From Antedon mediterranea (lineage: Eukaryota > Animalia > Echinodermata): a stretch of DNA of 64,000 nucleotides. The translations under genes and the position numbers were made by a program. The stretch is from the NCBI RefSeq assembly GCF_964355755.1, contig NC_092674.1:9734001-9798000 (forward strand), in the 5' to 3' direction. Each line of letters begins with the position of its first letter. Position 1 is the first letter of the stretch. The notes below the pieces were generated by a model. That model did no database searches and had not been told where the DNA came from. It saw only the letters and a list, made by a program, of their open reading frames with translations. This document shows positions 61,601-64,000 of the stretch, in pieces.

Positions 61601-63898
61601 CAGATCATAAATCAGTTACAAATTGTAGATCCATGATCTGGAAAACAGAGTCTAATATAAAAAAAAATGCCGCGCCTATAAAATATAAAATAACGGATAA
61701 TAACAAACCTTATTCAATTAATATTTTTTTTAATAAATAATATTTTATAATATTTGAATCTTTAGAAAGTATAAGTTTAAAAAATTATGCTCAAAATAAA
61801 TGTAAATGATACAATGCAACCAAAACTTTACTCTAGCGTTGCTAAAAATGATACTTTAATGTTATATGTTATCATTAACCATTGCCCTGAATTATAGGCA
61901 TATTGTTTTCATTACCTATTTTGTATGTATGTCTTGTTATTACCTAATAATAATATACGCTCCAGCAGTTGAACCTAATAATGTGATATTAAATATGATT
62001 ATAATGAAACGATTGTGTTGGTGGATTACAAACTATTATAACACAGACAATGATGTGAAATAAAATTATGCCTTAAGCTATTCTTTTATCTTAGTATTAG
62101 GCCTTATGGGTAAAATAAAAGCATTTGAAAGGTTGTGTTTCGGCAGCCTAAACAATTAACTGATACTATAATTGTTTTTATGGCTGCGAAAAGACTGCCA
62201 AAGATAATAATATTATTATATTTGTATCAGTTCATTTTAAGCCTGTGCTTGTAGCCTGACTAAAAATAAAATGATATATTTAATTCAGATTGACTTGTAA
62301 ATTAATAACCTTTGACCTTTGTATTGTAATTTCATTTTAGGTTATCCTCCAATTGATGAATATACTGTGGAGAGAATAATCGAAGAATGTGAAACACAGG
62401 TCGGTATTAATTAACCATATTCACAAATATTTCAGAAACATATTTTTTTTTCCAAGATAATTGATTTTGATTATCAAAATATGAAATTAGATTCTTAACA
62501 TCTAAAATGTGAGTAATTTCCATGCATAATTTCATTTTCATTATTTTTCATTAAGTATAATTGTTGGTTTGTTTTCTCCACAGTGCCATAGTAACATAGA
62601 ACATGCAATACAAACTGAAGAAGGCCTCGGTATAGAATATGATGAAGATGTTATTTGTGATGTTTGTAGAGCTGTAAGTGTTAGCTGACAAAATAGCATA
62701 CTTAACAATGAATGAGTTTTTTAAAATGATATCATAATTATGTAGTTATACATTATTTCCAAATACAACAAAATTTGGTTTTTGAATTTTGAAATTTTCA
62801 TTTGCACATCATGCAAAGACCAACTTTAAATTATCGATGTAAATTATTTTGAAAACGTAACACATAGTTAGAGACTGAATTCTAATTGCAATGGTCTATA
62901 CACAACATAAGCATATAAAATCATTATCTTTCAAAACGCATTTGTTTATTTTTAGCCGGATTGTGAGGAAGGCAATGAAATGGTTTTCTGTGACAAGTGT
63001 GATGTCTGTGTTCATCAGGTAATTGTATAATGATATACCGTATATCCTTAGGTATAATCCCACTTTGGGTCTAATCCCATCCCCTACTTTATGTCTGATA
63101 TCACAAACAGTCCCACCCCCAAAGTTGGTGGTGATATTATACCAGAGGATATAATGTAATTATTATGAAGTAAAGTCTGAAGATAATCTGTAGTTTTTAG
63201 AAAAGCTGGGTTTACTGTATGCATGTTACGTTTACAGTATAATGAGAGATAACATTTTTTATTTTTTACACACAATATATATTTACATAAACTCATATTT
63301 AAAAAGAGTTAAATTTCATGTATACAATTTATAAAACAGTACAATTACACAACTCATTGTTTATTTTAGGCATGCTATGGTATCATTAATGTCCCAGAAG
63401 GAACGTGGATGTGCCGTACCTGTGCCCTAGGGATACAACCGGCATGTCTTCTGTGTGGCAAGAAAGGCGGAGTGATGAAAAGCACAAGGTATATTGAACA
63501 CACCTTGTGATTTGATTTGATGATTATGTATCACATACCATGCATTATTCAGATCCATTCTCACTATTAGCTGGTATATTGCACTTTTGAGAATGATGTG
63601 CTTATGACTGTTGCAATTTTTTTTAAATAGTCCAATCCATCTTTCAACAATATTCTATCCTACTTATAAACATTTATTAATTATGTACTAGCAGTAATAG
63701 GTGTTAAAAAGTTAATAGAAACAATTAGGATTACATATCATTATTTATAAGGTTGCTCTTCTCATGAATATGCATAACTTTATTATGATTAGGAGTGGAA
63801 CAAAGTGGTCACATGTCAGCTGTGCATTGTGGGTACCCGAAGTATCCATTGGGTGTGTTGATAGGATGGAACCTGTAACCAAAATTTCACAAATTCCA
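58683..63898 (+). CDS. JADE: JADE-family (PHF15/16/17) EPL1 + PHD/PZP finger protein, 5' part; continues beyond the window
   Basis: Exons: 58683-58721, 59278-59471, 60380-60537, 62341-62399, 62584-62673, 62956-63018, 63370-63488, 63793-63898. Motifs: [92 protein letters not shown]. Confidence 0.93.
61295..61605. repeat. 17-bp minisatellite (GATTGAGCACTTGCCCA) in a JADE intron
   Basis: About 18 imperfect tandem units are visible. Confidence 0.9.
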
Positions 63899-64000
63899 GT
63901 AAGGATTATATTATTATTTTTTTTATAAATAAAAATAAATTTTTTTTCAATTCAATTTTATTTCATAAGATACATCATTGTTTAATAACATGAGTAGAAT

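Overview
AT-rich, intron-rich animal genomic DNA. It is probably an invertebrate deuterostome such as an echinoderm (inferred from the DED-NACHT-LRR gene and Deu/Nin-type SINEs; not proven). I reconstructed five protein-coding genes by hand from splice sites and reading-frame phase: (1) an NLR immune receptor (+, tandem DED-NACHT-LRR) whose LRRs form eight ~120-aa modules, each followed by a hypervariable loop except the truncated last one, with one in-frame premature TAA; (2) neurochondrin NCDN (-, 16 exons, one GC-AG intron); (3) the Fe-S helicase DDX11/ChlR1 (+, 21 exons), head-to-head with NCDN; (4) an SH3D19-like adaptor with six SH3 domains (-); (5) the 5' part of a JADE PHD-finger gene (+), head-to-head with SH3D19. 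Introns hold many non-autonomous DNA transposons (Kolobok, Tc1/mariner, PIF/Harbinger, hAT, MULE-like), tRNA-derived SINEs, a LINE 3' end and minisatellites. Most notable: the modular NLR with CDR-like variable loops; direct evidence that TA sites are converted to TACAGTA; clustering of TAGGCCTA near gene 5' ends; a quadruplicated DDX11 exon end and splice donor; a GC donor overlapping a transposon end; and a 26-bp P-element-like scar. All coordinates and counts were made by eye and need computational confirmation.
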